64,000 bases of DNA, taken from the NCBI GenBank assembly GCA_025786725.1, contig JAHLTZ010000007.1, positions 496,001-560,000 on the forward strand. Direction: 5' to 3'. The DNA is from Syncephalis fuscata S228. Its lineage: Eukaryota > Fungi > Zoopagomycota. Below, one piece after another: positions 46,121 to 59,148 of this stretch (position 1 is its first letter; every line of letters starts with the position of its first letter). Below the pieces are notes generated by a model. It was given only the letters and a program-made list of their open reading frames with translations, was not told the DNA's origin and made no database searches. The translations under genes were made by a program, and so were the position numbers.

Positions 46121-46689
46121 AGTATGTTACATTGTTTATTTAAATGTTTAAAATAGCAGTTACTAATACAATGTTCTGTTACAATCAACTCTATTTTATA
46201 GAAATGATAATGCTATTACATTTATTATATTTATTGTGAATAATGATTTAAACACAAATCAATTAAATCAACTCGTCAGCTCTTTAAATTATTATAATCG
46301 ATTGCGTAAAAAGATTACTGCCCTGGAAGGAATAAAAGCAAATGCCAACCAACAAACCATTACTGTTATTTTAAATGAAAAGGGAAAGTGTAATAAAATA
46401 TGTATATAGTGGGTTATTTGCACTAAAAATAGCTATAACTGGTTTAGATGCTGTGATTGCCGAGTAAACTAGCTTGAATCCGCCCATCTTTCTATGGCTA
46501 GCCACGTGTCGTTGCATAAAAAGGCAATACGCAGTTTTACATACACCTCAAACGAGCTATATGATTAAAAATGGATATGAAAGAATTTTTATTCTACTTC
46601 TTGTTGGCGTCGCTCTCTTCTTCCAATCCATATACGTGTGCTTTCTAGCCTATATAAATACACTATCTATCACTTAATTATCATCTACA

Positions 46690-47667
46690 ATGAAGTTATA
46701 TCAACAACAAGCAGCACTAGTGGCCTATATGCTGGCAGCACTGGTTGCTCCATCACCACTGGCCAATGCTATTACCCTTCCACTACCTGATTTTGTTGCT
46801 AATGGCGTACGCAAAGGCGAAGCAACCTTTTATGACTCGGACGGCAGCGGTCATTGCTCTTTGGGTCCACGATCTGACGGTGTATTTGGTGCCATGACTT
46901 CAAAGTTATGGTCAATGGCTGCTGTGTGTGGTATTTGTGCTGAAATATCACATAAAGATAAAAAGGTTGTCGTGCCCATTGTAGACGAGTGTCCAGGTTG
47001 TTCCGACGGCAGTATTGATTTATCACGTAATGCTTTCCGGGCCCTTGCTTCGGAAAGTGCTGGTCGTATTGAAATTAGCTGGACAGTTGTGCCATGTCCC
47101 GTACAAGGTACCCTTCGTTATCGCTATAAGCCCGATGCCAATGCACAGTACCTTGCCGTACAATTGCTTAATTATGCAGTACCGGTTCGTTCGGTTGAGT
47201 GTCGTACGGCGGGTAGCGGCACTTGGCAAATGCTGCAACGTTCTGTCGATAACTACTTTACCGGCACTACACCAGGTAATGCCGGTAGTGCTGGCCTCGA
47301 CTTCCGTGTGACGCCGTATGGTGGATCGGCCGTTGAAGATACGGCTATATCATTTAGCCCAGGTCAAACGATTTCTGGCAAGCAAAGCTTAGGCAGTATC
47401 AGTGTGGTCAGAGGCAGCGACGGTCAAACACATGTAGCTTTTAATACATCGAATGGCAAGGGTGTTTCTGCTACTATTGGTTCGAATGGTGTTGATGTTG
47501 ATTTGAACAACATTAGCATTGAATCACTTGCCAACTCCATCAAATCAAGCAACTCTACCGATACAGCCGAGCAGAAAACGGCCAGCAAAAATTCAAGTAA
47601 TCCATCTTTAACTATCTCTGTTACATGGCTAGCCAGCTTGACAGCTATCTACCTACTTTTACAATAA
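46690..47667 (+). CDS. Secreted expansin-like protein (DPBB plus CBM63, EXLX type), probably GPI-anchored
   Basis: Signal peptide; GEATFY, CGICAEI, IVDECPGC, IDLSRNAF, GRIEISW, VPCP, YLAVQ, DNYF; S/T-rich tail and hydrophobic C-terminus; no introns. Confidence 0.9.
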   Translation: MKLYQQQAALVAYMLAALVAPSPLANAITLPLPDFVANGVRKGEATFYDSDGSGHCSLGPRSDGVFGAMTSKLWSMAAVCGICAEISHKDKKVVVPIVDECPGCSDGSIDLSRNAFRALASESAGRIEISWTVVPCPVQGTLRYRYKPDANAQYLAVQLLNYAVPVRSVECRTAGSGTWQMLQRSVDNYFTGTTPGNAGSAGLDFRVTPYGGSAVEDTAISFSPGQTISGKQSLGSISVVRGSDGQTHVAFNTSNGKGVSATIGSNGVDVDLNNISIESLANSIKSSNSTDTAEQKTASKNSSNPSLTISVTWLASLTAIYLLLQ

Positions 47668-47803
47668 ATTATCGATATGTCGACGTAGTTTTAAATAAAT
47701 AAGTCTATAGTGTGTATTACAGCTATTTACTATTTTGCATTTATAAAATAAATGTTAGAATCTAGCATTGCTATTATTTATTTGCATAAATGAAAAATAC
47801 TAA

Positions 47804-49904
47804 TTAATGACCGCCACTTGGTCCAATGTCCGTTTGCACTTCTGACCAGCGACGTGGTCTAACAAATGCACCAGCAATTCCTGCCAAAATAGTTGGTCCA
47901 ATTAATGAGCCAAATAATACGTGGAATGCTTTAATTAATCCGTGAATACTAGAGATGCGAATATCATCTGGTAGACTATGGATACTGTCGAGTGAAACTG
48001 ATCCTTCGCCTCCCTAAAAATTAAAAATGGTCAATCTACTAATAGAGCATATAAATAGTACATATTAATCTTACCCCGGTTGAAAAGTGTAGTTCCGGTG
48101 CAAATACAGCGGCAGCATTGTTGAATATAGCACCTGATATTGCTAGACCAATGGTGGCACCCATCATTTGAAAGAATGAGCATAGCATTGTGGATACTGC
48201 AATATCTATTAATGCATAAGTTAGTATTTATGCATCATGCTGGCACAATTAATTACCTTCACTTTTGCACGAGGCTTGTGCAGCAAGAAAGATTGGCTGG
48301 CCTAACATGCCTAGACCTATGCCGGCAACTACAAGAATAATCATTTCTGATGCCATTTCTGGCATTTCCCAAAATGTTAATGTTAAACCGAGCGTGGTTG
48401 CTACAATGGCAAATCCTCCTGCTATAGTCGTGGGATAGGACCAAGCATTTAATTTACCAATAACTATAGTACTAACGATGGTGCAAATGCAAACTGCAAC
48501 CATAAGTGGAATTAGCATAACACCAGCTTGGGTGGCACTTTTGTTGCGAATCAGCTATAGGCGATTAAAAATTAGCTAACAATACTATTCATCAAATACT
48601 CCTACCTGATAGAAAAGTGGCAAATAATACACTAGCGTAAATATCATCCAACCGGAAAAAAATGAAGAAACCATTGTCAATACGGTATTACGCGAGGTAA
48701 GAATGCGTCCTGGAATAAATGGCTCCTTTGCGTGCCATCCCTCGACCCGAATAAAGGCAGTGTACATTGCTGCAGAGAAACATAGTAAGGTAATGACAAT
48801 GGGCGAATTCCAAGTGTACGCGTTGCCTCCCCATCCAAGTGCCAGCAGCATTGATATGATTGCCACAAGCAATAGCGTGGCACCAAGATAATCAATACGC
48901 TTGAGTTTAGAGCGTATTGACCCTTGAATGGGCGGCATATGGAAACCAAATATAATAATCAACATAGAGATAAAACCAATTGGCAGATTGATATAAAACT
49001 AGTTGTTACATTGTTAATACATTGTATTTAAACTAATAAATATAAAATGCATATTTAATTTACTTACTGCCCACCGCCATGTAATATGGTCGGTGAAAAT
49101 GCCACCTATAAGTGGACCAACAACACTACTAACGCCAAACACCGCGCCAAACCAGCCTTGCATGATAGAGCTGCGCTCAGGTGTTGATACGGCTAGTTAA
49201 ATAAATGGTTTTTTAGTTTTAGAATAACCAGTAAATATAATTTGTTTACCTGTAATGATGACGAGTGCCAATGCATACATACTTTCGCCGCCGAAACCAG
49301 CAACAGCACGAAATACAATAAGAAAAACCATGTTGGTGGCGAGGGCGCAGCCCAATGAGCCAAGCAAAAACATGACTAATGCAAATAAAAAGACCGGCTT
49401 TAATCCAAAAATGTTTGTGAGTTTACCGTAGAGTGGTGTAACAGCAGCCGTTGTCAAGAGATAGGCGCTACCAATCCAAGAAACATCTCCCAGGCTGTGA
49501 AATTCCGAAGCAATTTTCGGGATTGCCGTTGCTACGATAGTTTGATCCAACGAGCAAAGAAATACGGTTAATGCCATTCCTGAGAATAGAATAATCGAGC
49601 GTTTTAGCGACATCGGCTCAACCGGTGACGGTAAATCTTTTTTTGCGTCATCTTCGCAAGCATTACCTAGCGACAGGTTATCGCTATTTTGCATGTTGTC
49701 GATGGCGGTAAACATTTGCTTTTGATTTGGACTAGGATTTGGTGACTGCTTAATTGACTGTGTTGTATCAGAGTCATGCTCTAAATCTTTATACTCAAGT
49801 AAATCGGAAGCTGTTTCTTTATCAAGGCATGTACCGCTAGCTTCTCTCGCTATTGAATCCGGCAGGACTGTGGCTTTATTTTCTTGCTTGTTAGAAGCAA
49901 ACAT
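47804..49904 (-). CDS. MFS drug:H+ antiporter, DHA2 (14-TM) family
   Basis: [42 protein letters not shown]|[14 protein letters not shown]. Confidence 0.92.
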
Positions 49905-51021
49905 TATTGCGTTTTAATTAAATTTTTTTTATAATGCAACTAAAATAATTATTGCAAAAAACTATTGAAACCAGTAAGCTATATGAATGAGTAATCAGCG
50001 ATGCTTAATGATGGTGTGATTTTTGTCCTTGTTCATATCTTTCAAAATACTGTCAGGACAGTCTGCCCTAAGTATGTGTTGGCGTGGGATAAACCTTAAA
50101 TAACTCCCACTATTATTGCGTTAACTGCAATATGGTAGTTTTTAAAGGCGCTGTTATTATTGTCGTAAGACTCAACGACAAACGAAAATTTTGATGGTAA
50201 TACGTGATTTTGAACGTTTGATTGAGAAGTCAAGAAACAAAAAATGTTAATTTTTAGATACTTCAAAATCCTGACTAGTTGTAACTGCTGTTGCAATTTT
50301 TGTAAAAAAGGAAAGAGTAACAAGGAAATATTTAATTTTAATAGATACTGGGACAGAGAGGATGCTACTGTTGCTGCGGTAATAGTATCGGGGATGGCCG
50401 TAATAATGATCGTGATAATGGTATTAGCTGGTGACGAAGAAGGTAGAGAAAAAAAGGTGGTAATGGATGCAATATTATTTTCATAGCTATTAATTGTTTG
50501 AGGGTTGAGAAGCACAAGGCGCTTAATAGTGATGCATTAAATTTAATGTCCACGTGTTTTCAAGTTGATACAAGGAGTATACCAGTTCTATAACGATACT
50601 TAGCAGCAGTCCAGCATTGTTTATTTTGAACTAAGAAAATATCATTTTAAGTTTATGCAATACATATGCAATAGAAAACACAATAACTATAAATGACGAG
50701 TATTAAGCAAACCAAAAATAACAGCGAATAAAACATTGATAATAAAATGAAGACACAAGAAATAGTTCATCTTTAATTATTTATGCACCGTTTGTTTATT
50801 GTTAATATTTTTAATACTTTAGTTTACAACTATAAAATTGGTGTTTTATTTGTTAATTATTAAATGCATTTTTAAAATAAAGTAAGTTAATTAAATGCTG
50901 TTTATTTGTTAAACGATATAGATTTACACATTCTTATAGTAATAATAGCTAATCATGCTTAATTTGTTTAAAGTCACTTTTATTGTCTGAAATTGACGTC
51001 GCTGGAGTAAAAACCGTTAGA

Positions 51022-52127
51022 TCAACGGGAATTAATCAATAAGCCTTTAAGAACTGTTGGAAGCATGGGTTTGATCTGAGCTTCATTGTAGCCAAAACGC
51101 ATATAAAAACCAGTAACCAATTCTGTCACTGCCTTGTCAAATCTTTGTGTTTGTGCCTTATATGCACCATTTCCGAAGAAACCAACAGATTTAACATCTA
51201 AAAAGCCATTCGACTTGATAAATTTAACCTCGTGTTCACCGATAATAGTGACAGCTAATCATTAAATTAGTATCATTGCTATATGCTTTTATATAACTTA
51301 CTTGATCTGTCCATATTGTAATACCATCCCATTCTTTTTAAAAGATCAAAAGCTATAGCATATATGGTTAGTTTTACTCCAAAAAATGTTTTGAATACCT
51401 ACCCTTTTTAAGCTTATTAACAAAGTTCTGTATATAAACTTGTGCTAGTCTAGGATCTTTAGATTTATTAGCAGAAACCTGTTTAAATCTATCAGCAACA
51501 GCATAAAGATCTTCAGTAACGGTGTATGGCATCACCAAATAACAAGTAATGCTTTGACCGCGCGGATATTGTTTAACAGGACAGTTAAGAACACTCTTGG
51601 CTTCATTATCTGCTGGCGTATTGAATTTTGGATCCATGCATTTCTATCCTTACAATTAGACAGGTTATTAAAAAAAGTAGCAATTATTTCTTACCGTATA
51701 AAAGTTATAGGGGGCTATAGTCTTATCATTGATACCCGCGCACTGAACTTCAGCAGATTTTCCATTTAATTTTCCAAAAGCGCTCATCGTAGTTGTACCT
51801 GAGCTAGTAAGAATGAGTCCATTTTCGCCAAATGCTCCTGCTTTTCCAGCTGGATATCCAAAAAACGAATTGGTTTCTAAATTATGATACAGTTAGTATT
51901 ATTGCAGCATGGTATATACAACCACTTACTCTTGTCCCATCCTAATGCTCTGGAGCTATTTGGTTATTTGCCCCACCAACTGGTGTAACTTGTGCTCCAC
52001 CAGCGGGCGCTACTTGTGTTCCACCAAAAAATGGCATTCTTGCTTCGGCAACGTTCTGCATAGTTGAAACCAGCAACAGCATGGCAGTGACGGTTGGGAA
52101 ACTAAGTTTTTTCGCAAGCATCATCAT
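51022..52127 (-). CDS. Secreted protein with possible degenerate kinase-like fold
   Basis: Signal peptide (MMMLAKKLSF...VAEA), short GG(A/T)QV(A/T)P repeats and several GT-AG introns. NCPVKQY...CYLVMPY...DL resembles a kinase hinge region, but no HRD or DFG was seen. Exon model and 3' end are uncertain. Confidence 0.5.
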
Positions 52128-53970
52128 GTTGAATGGTTGTTTTCTAGTATCGATCTACGAGGTTTTAGAAAAGACTTTTAAAAGGCGTCGATGATAATGA
52201 TGTTTTAAAAGCGGTTGTCGTCGATGTGAAGAGTGTTAGAATAAAGTGAACTGTTTGCTTGAAAGCAGGCGCTTATTTATAGTAAATAGTCGATCATGAC
52301 AGCTGGTATACACTGTTTTCACTAAGCAAGTATGGAGTTATGTGCGTATGTAACATCGTTTGAATTAAACCAATAAACAGGTATTATCGGTGTCAAGTAA
52401 CAAAATATGGAAGTACAAAACTCAATACAAAACTTCAGGAATCAAATGTTTCAAGATTATACTACTTTGGTTAGTGATCAGTACAAATATGATGTAGTGT
52501 AGGTATAAATGTTTAAAAATAAATGAGTGATTGCAAGTATAATTTAAATTACATAAATAAAATATTTCTTGAATTATAAGAGATTTTCTACCAAGGCTTG
52601 ATTGTTATTATAATTTCTACATTGTCTTAGTGATTTATAAACTGGATGAAACGGCCAACGTGGTAATTTTTATCTTTGCAGCAATCTACGAAAAATTGCT
52701 AGTTTTATTCCACACAAAGCCCTCTTCCCCTTAAATCATCCCTTCAGTTCTATGGTTGAACATACCCCGAAAACACCGCGAGTCTAAAATACATCCATTC
52801 AAGCTCAAGCAACAATGAAAGGAATAAAAAATTACGGCTAAACGTAAACAGTTGCCATTATTTAATGTTTGCTAGTTTAAGCAATGTTTTTACAGTATGC
52901 TTAATAGCAAATAAATAAACTTTTGTTCATATATAATTTGAAGTATATAATTTATTTAGCAAATAAAAACTTATGCAATTGCTTTTTTGTTTTTGGAATT
53001 GCCATTAATGCAATATGCTGCTAGTCTTACCGCTTTTGAGAAAGAATAGACTGGATGCTACTAGTTTAAAAGTATTTGATATTTTAATTTACTCACATTT
53101 TACGTCTCTAAAAAACTCGAATAAATTTACTTAAATCCATTATTATTACTTAGTCTTTGAATTTATTTCTATTGATTCCAATGATTTTAACTAAAAACGA
53201 TTTATTTTATTGCAATTTAAAGCTGTGCGCTTCTATCATACAATCAAATTGGCAATTATAACAGTTTTATTAACAAGATGCATTCATGCCAAAAAACGTA
53301 TCTCAAGTTTTTAATCTATTTAGCATGGCTTGCACACTTAATAATAAACTAATTGAATTTTATTCCAGTATGCTTGCGATGGTACTCAAAACCAATTTCT
53401 TAATCATTAGCTTATAATTTCCAAGAATATGAAGAACAGATTAAAGGGACCCTGATGGGAATAAATCTTAGTTAAAGTAAAACAAAGCTTAATTTGAGCT
53501 TTGTCGATTCATGTAATTTAATCAAATAGCAACAATGTAAAAGCAGGCACAGCTCAAAATTCCATTCATAAAGCGAAAATATTGTATTTTTGGCTATAAA
53601 TCAATATGTACTAAGCTTCAGTCTAGTATCTTTATGATTTCTTTCTTATATCGTATATATATCAACACTATTAATGCAGATTAGACACATTTAAAGTGTA
53701 TAAAACATTTACGCATCACGCTTCATTCACAACTACTATTTAGGCATAATTTCTAAGCATCTAAAATACAATTAAGCACATAAATGGGCGTTGCAATAGG
53801 GATTAATCAGCAGGCCAATCACGTGCTATTCAAGCACACAATTTAGGACACAAATGCTACAAGTATAGCGACATAACTGTCAGTATATTTGTACATGGCA
53901 TTTCCCTAGTTTGTATTGCGCATAACGTTTTTCCTTTTTGTTCTTTTATTAGTTTAAATTTTACTTGGTG

Positions 53971-55924
53971 ATGCTTTCGTCACTGCGCAGCAGCGATAGG
54001 ACATGTCATCGACTTTCTATCTTACCTGACCTCGTTATTGAACGCATTCTATACCATGTCGACCATTTATCTGATGCATTTTCTTTCGCAGCTACTTGCC
54101 GTGACATCCGTTTCCTTTCGTTGAAAGCAGCTCTTACTGGAAATTTCAGTACCAAAAACAATTCGGCTACTCGATAGAAGAAAACAATTGGGTAAAATGG
54201 CAACGAACACGACAAGAATCATTTGGAGCCCCTTGTAAAATTAATCCGAACGAAATCAATCACAATAAAACAAATGATGATGTATCTGTTTGTTGGTATC
54301 TGCTACTATGCCGTCGTGGCATTCTGGAACGGCAATGGAAGAAATGTCGCTGGCGGCCTGGTGGTGTACGAGTACAAAAACCAGATGATTCGACACATTT
54401 GACAATAAATAAAACATCAATAGAAGACATAAGCATAGCTAGACTTCAACTTATTGGAAATGATGAAAGGTTTCTTCTGTTGGCCGATCACATTCGCGCC
54501 GGCTAATCGTTGTGGAGCCAGAGTCACCTGCTCGAATGGTTGAACTTGAGCAGCCAACAGATATTACAGAAAACGTATGGCCAGTCAAGCTAGGATCGAT
54601 AACATTTGGTAGATATTGGATGGCAGCCAGCATGGTTGATACTGGTGTAATATGTATTTGGCAACTGAAAGATGGCAGCTTGATGGAGCAATTGCCAACG
54701 CCGTGGAAAATGCCAAACATCACTTCTTTATACAACTGGCTTCTTGTGCAGCCAGACCGACAAGACAATGACGCAAATGACTGTGCTTTTTTCAAAAGCT
54801 CCCGGTGTGCTTGTCAGCTACGTGGCATTGATGCGAGTACACATGCAATTGTATATCACATTTCACAAAACAACATTCCTATTACAGTTGTTGATTGGCC
54901 ATCAACAGTAGATATATTAACAAAAAAAAATCGGCCTCGATATGCTTTATTGCCAAGTAGCAAGGCTGATGGACCAGTTGAATTATCCGCATATATTTCA
55001 GTTAATGCAGTCATATATTGGGCGTATTTTCAAGCAAATCCATTAAATTACAGCTATACACAGGCGATAAAAATCACCGAACTTGACATGGTATCAACCA
55101 GCTTAAAGGAACAGTACTAAAGGAGGGGCACTTTAGTGTATCTGCTCCTTTATTAGGCGACATTGTCTGCTGGCCTTTAGGATCAGGAGATGGACTAAAC
55201 AATGAAGAGCGTGTACTATTATTAGATTCTTATGGCGACGAGGTTAATGAACGCTATTTTTTTATTCGAATCAATACTGCTAATACACGAAGCAAACCAT
55301 CCGATACCGAATGCTTGAAGTAGCAGAACGACTCAAGGAAATACAGACAACAGTGTTGTGGATGAAGAAAATATTTTGGAAATAGAGCGTCAAAATTGGA
55401 TTGGTGTCCATTCGCTCACGACAGGTGAATTGGTGTGGCAACGTGCAATGCGTGGGGAGTGTCGTGGACGATTATTGCCATCGATCAAAAACAAAGTCAT
55501 TTTGTGCACGTTTGATCGTGGAGCCTTTTTGCTAGGCATGGAAAACGGTGAAATTACGCGTGTATTTCGTGCAACTGGTGGCCGGTTGGCATTGCATCCC
55601 GTCCATGCAATTGGCTCAGTGTGTGTTATCTGGGCCAAAGACGGCAAGTCTGTATTTTGCATTGACATTGGTCGACAACGAGCCGCTCGGCGGTCTTTAC
55701 CAGATTATTGGTCAACGGCCAAAGACTCTACTAGCTTAATTTTAGATACTAGTACTGATGAACAACATAAGCAATTTGCGGCAGGAGCATCGTTTCTTGC
55801 CATGGTAAAAGGCGATTCTGTCGTTGGATTTATTTTCACAACCGTAAAAAATAAAAATACGCTTTATTCATTAACTTTTGAACGTATTAACACGCCAAAT
55901 TATTTTTTGGTAAATATAGAATAA
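53971..55924 (+). CDS. F-box protein with beta-rich C-terminus, interrupted by ~4 frameshifts (assembly error or pseudogene)
   Basis: LSILPDLVIERILYHV...SFAATCRDIR F-box; coding-like sequence continues through successive frames. Confidence 0.6.
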
Positions 55925-57455
55925 ACATAAGTTTATAACCTTGCAGATATTCTGTATATCAAAAGTTATTGCTTTAGGATAATTGCTGTAATTTAATATG
56001 ATTGCTGCCAACGACATAAAGCAATAAATATGTTATCGATTTGATAGTATTTTATTTTAGTTTCTATTGATTTCAAATATATAGCCACAAGTTATTAATT
56101 TTATATAATTCAAATAAATCAGCAAAAAGTGAATAGCTATTGGCGATAGATTATAGCCTGTTTATGCGCACGCATATGCTTAGCTGAGCCCTGTCACTTG
56201 CCACTCAGCTCCATGTTTAATGGAAAAAATGCTATTAGACATGATCATTTGACCATTAGGTAATCATCAATGGTTTAATGGATTGTTTAATAATAGTGTA
56301 ATGGCAATGGCATAATAAATAAAATAGCTAATTCACTAATCCATTGACGTTATTATCAAAATGGATAGTATGATGTAATTGTAATATTCTAATATCTGCA
56401 AAAAAGCTATTTTATTTAATTGATAAAAAGAATACTTATAAATAGCATGGTGATACAAATCAAGTGCCTAAATGACGTATTGCGCTGTTTTTTTAACTTC
56501 AACATCTGTCATGATTTTTTATAAATCGGCATAAAATCCAAAAGATGACGTTAAAAAAGCAATACCAATCGAAAGGTTGGCATAAGAAAAGTATAGGCAA
56601 TTCTTTCATGCTCGTATACTGTCATTTACACTACAGGTTTCTGAATGACATAACCTTAGCTTTTTCCCGGGATCAAGCAGGTTTTATGGTAGTACAAGGC
56701 TATTGTCGTGCGCATAAAACGTTGTTTTATGTTCTCTTTTCCAATTAAAACGTTCTTTATTCCCATTATAGCTCAGTAATGCGCGCCGTGTGTACTTACA
56801 TTTTCACAGTGCCAAGCTGCACTTTACCGAATAGCAGTACTACGCTAAAGATCTACGAAGCAGCACGGCCACACAAGGGAAAGTGAGCAAATAGCAGAAA
56901 GTGGCAATAATATTGGGAGCAGCATCAGATTATGCTTGAAGCACAGCATAAGACAAGGACTGTACTACCACCAACTAGCAGCAGCATTAATATGACACAG
57001 TTTTGGCCATAGAAAAGCTAGCAATCATAAGTAGCAACTAATGAGGCCTTAAGAATCTAATTAGAAGCTATGCTTTGCTGTTAGGCTTCAGAGGGCAGAA
57101 TGGGCAGTTTTCTACGCATGAACGTAAAACCGCTTTTAATAAGTGTTAGAAATCCAACGAAAACTTCAATGCGCCGCAAGTGCTACCATGTCTTCCTGAA
57201 ATGTTCATGATTGTCTTATTGCCATGCTGGTAATACAAATTAGGCGTGACCTGCTGCTTTGATGTCTTCATTTGCGGAGAGCGTGTCACCGTTCCCATTT
57301 TAAATTTACCTTAGCGGTTTGTAACGGTCCATTGAATAAAAGTAGCACGGTATCCACTGCCATAATGGCTTCGTTTTGTACCATCATATACCTACCTATC
57401 CACCTAATTACTCACTGATCCACCTCCGTAATTTTTCTTGCTATTTTCTTGCATA

Positions 57456-59148
57456 ATGGCACAAAGTGCATCTGATGAGATGCTGCACCTACCGATGCTA
57501 GCCATCTATGCCGCAATACTTGGAGTGGCTCTGGTGTATTATATCACCATCGCCATCCTATTCATCCGATGTCGTCCGCTTCAGGCAATGCGCCGCCGCT
57601 CCATGACACTGGCCATGCTATCAATGGTCGTTTCAGTCATTGTGACTATTGTTTATTTGCTTGTTGCGCCACTTCGCATGTATATGACATGCTCTGTATC
57701 GATGTGGCTGAGCTATCTTCTTTTACCCGCCAGTGTTGTGCTTGTTGGTTCGCGAGCTCTTAACTTGGCAGTAGTGCGCCGGTCGCATGAGGCTGCCGTT
57801 CTACGTGTTGAAGAGTCGGTTGCCGCACAGGAGGCCGACGTGAAAAAGCAGGTGATGGAGCGCCAACCAGCAAACCGATCATCACAAGACAATAGCCAGA
57901 TACATCCCTGGGCATCTAATGGGCCTGCCGACATGGAAGAGGGCAGTGCCAATGCCTGGCAGGCTAAAAACAACGGCGCCTACTCATCTACAACATTAGC
58001 ATCGCCGAGAATTACCACAGGACTAATAAGATCAAAAAAGTCGGCCGCCGTAAGCCGATGGTTTTTGCGCCATCTGTACATGTTTAGTGTGAAAGCATTG
58101 ATCATATATTTTAGCCTTTCGTTGCGCTAATAGCCATTTACCTACTTGCTGTACAATTTATTCAATTTGACAATGCTACTGGCATTGCATTGAATGAATG
58201 GCCACGCAATGATTGTGAAATGCGTTGGGAATATCACGCATTGCATGGCTTTGTAATGTTGCTTATTGTCCTAGGATTAATGTCGTTTGCTCTGTTGCTG
58301 ATACGTCAAAAACTACATGATGATGCGCAAGATATGCGAACACACGGCCAAGAACTTATGCTTTCTGTAGTTTCATGGACTGCTATACTTTCCATCTATA
58401 TAGCTTTAGCTTTGACAGCGGAGCAAACAAAGGGTGGACGTGACCCGCGTGTCTTCCCTGCCACGAATCTTTTTGTTATTGGCTGTTTCCTGGACCATGT
58501 AGTTAGTGTCGCTTGGCCGACTTACCGCGCCTATTTTAACCTGGGTAATGCTGGCTGGCGTAATATTAATGCCAGTACAATTGCTGGCGTCAAATCGATT
58601 CAAATCACAGGATCGCGAGCACAGTTCCAAAAACTGCTATCTGATCCAAAACGTTTCCGCGAGGTAAGCTATACTAGGTGTAATATTTGCACATTCTGTA
58701 TCTAATTTTTATTTATTAGTTTAAACTTTTTTCAATTCGCAATATGAGTGTGGAAAATGCATTCTTTTACGATGCATGCCGTTCCTTATTAAAATCCTCA
58801 GAACTCCACGATATTGCCTTGACCGAGGGCAATGCCGACCCGGGCTACAAAGATCGATTGGTTCGTCGACTTATGTGGCTGTATACAACCTTCCTTCGCG
58901 CCAGTGCAGATATGGAAGTTAATTTATTGGGTACTACACGGCGACGTTTAGAACGGGCAGCGCGCGACGGCGTTCTAGACATACCGATTATGAAGAAAGC
59001 TATGAACGAAGTTGAAGAATTAATGTTCTACGACACCTATCAACGCTACTTGAGACAGCACGGCGATGAAGTCGATAGCGATGTTGGCAATGAAACAACC
59101 ACATCAGTTACTGAAATGACAAACGTCAAGCATAAACATAGTAGTTAG
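57456..59148 (+). CDS. 7TM-RGS protein (GprK/AtRGS1-like architecture), copy 1
   Basis: Seven hydrophobic segments, then the RGS box FQKLLSDP...FKLFSIRNMSVENAFFY...TFLRASADMEVNL...EVEELMFYDTYQRYL; one frameshift at ~58118. Confidence 0.85.

Noticed and set aside
50096-50553. Overlapping short ORFs upstream of the MFS gene
   Set aside because: No motifs and non-ATG or weak starts; possibly a relic but unsupported.
56761-56835. tRNA-like start (TAGCTCAGT)
   Set aside because: No D-loop GG, no TTCRA T-loop and no acceptor stem.
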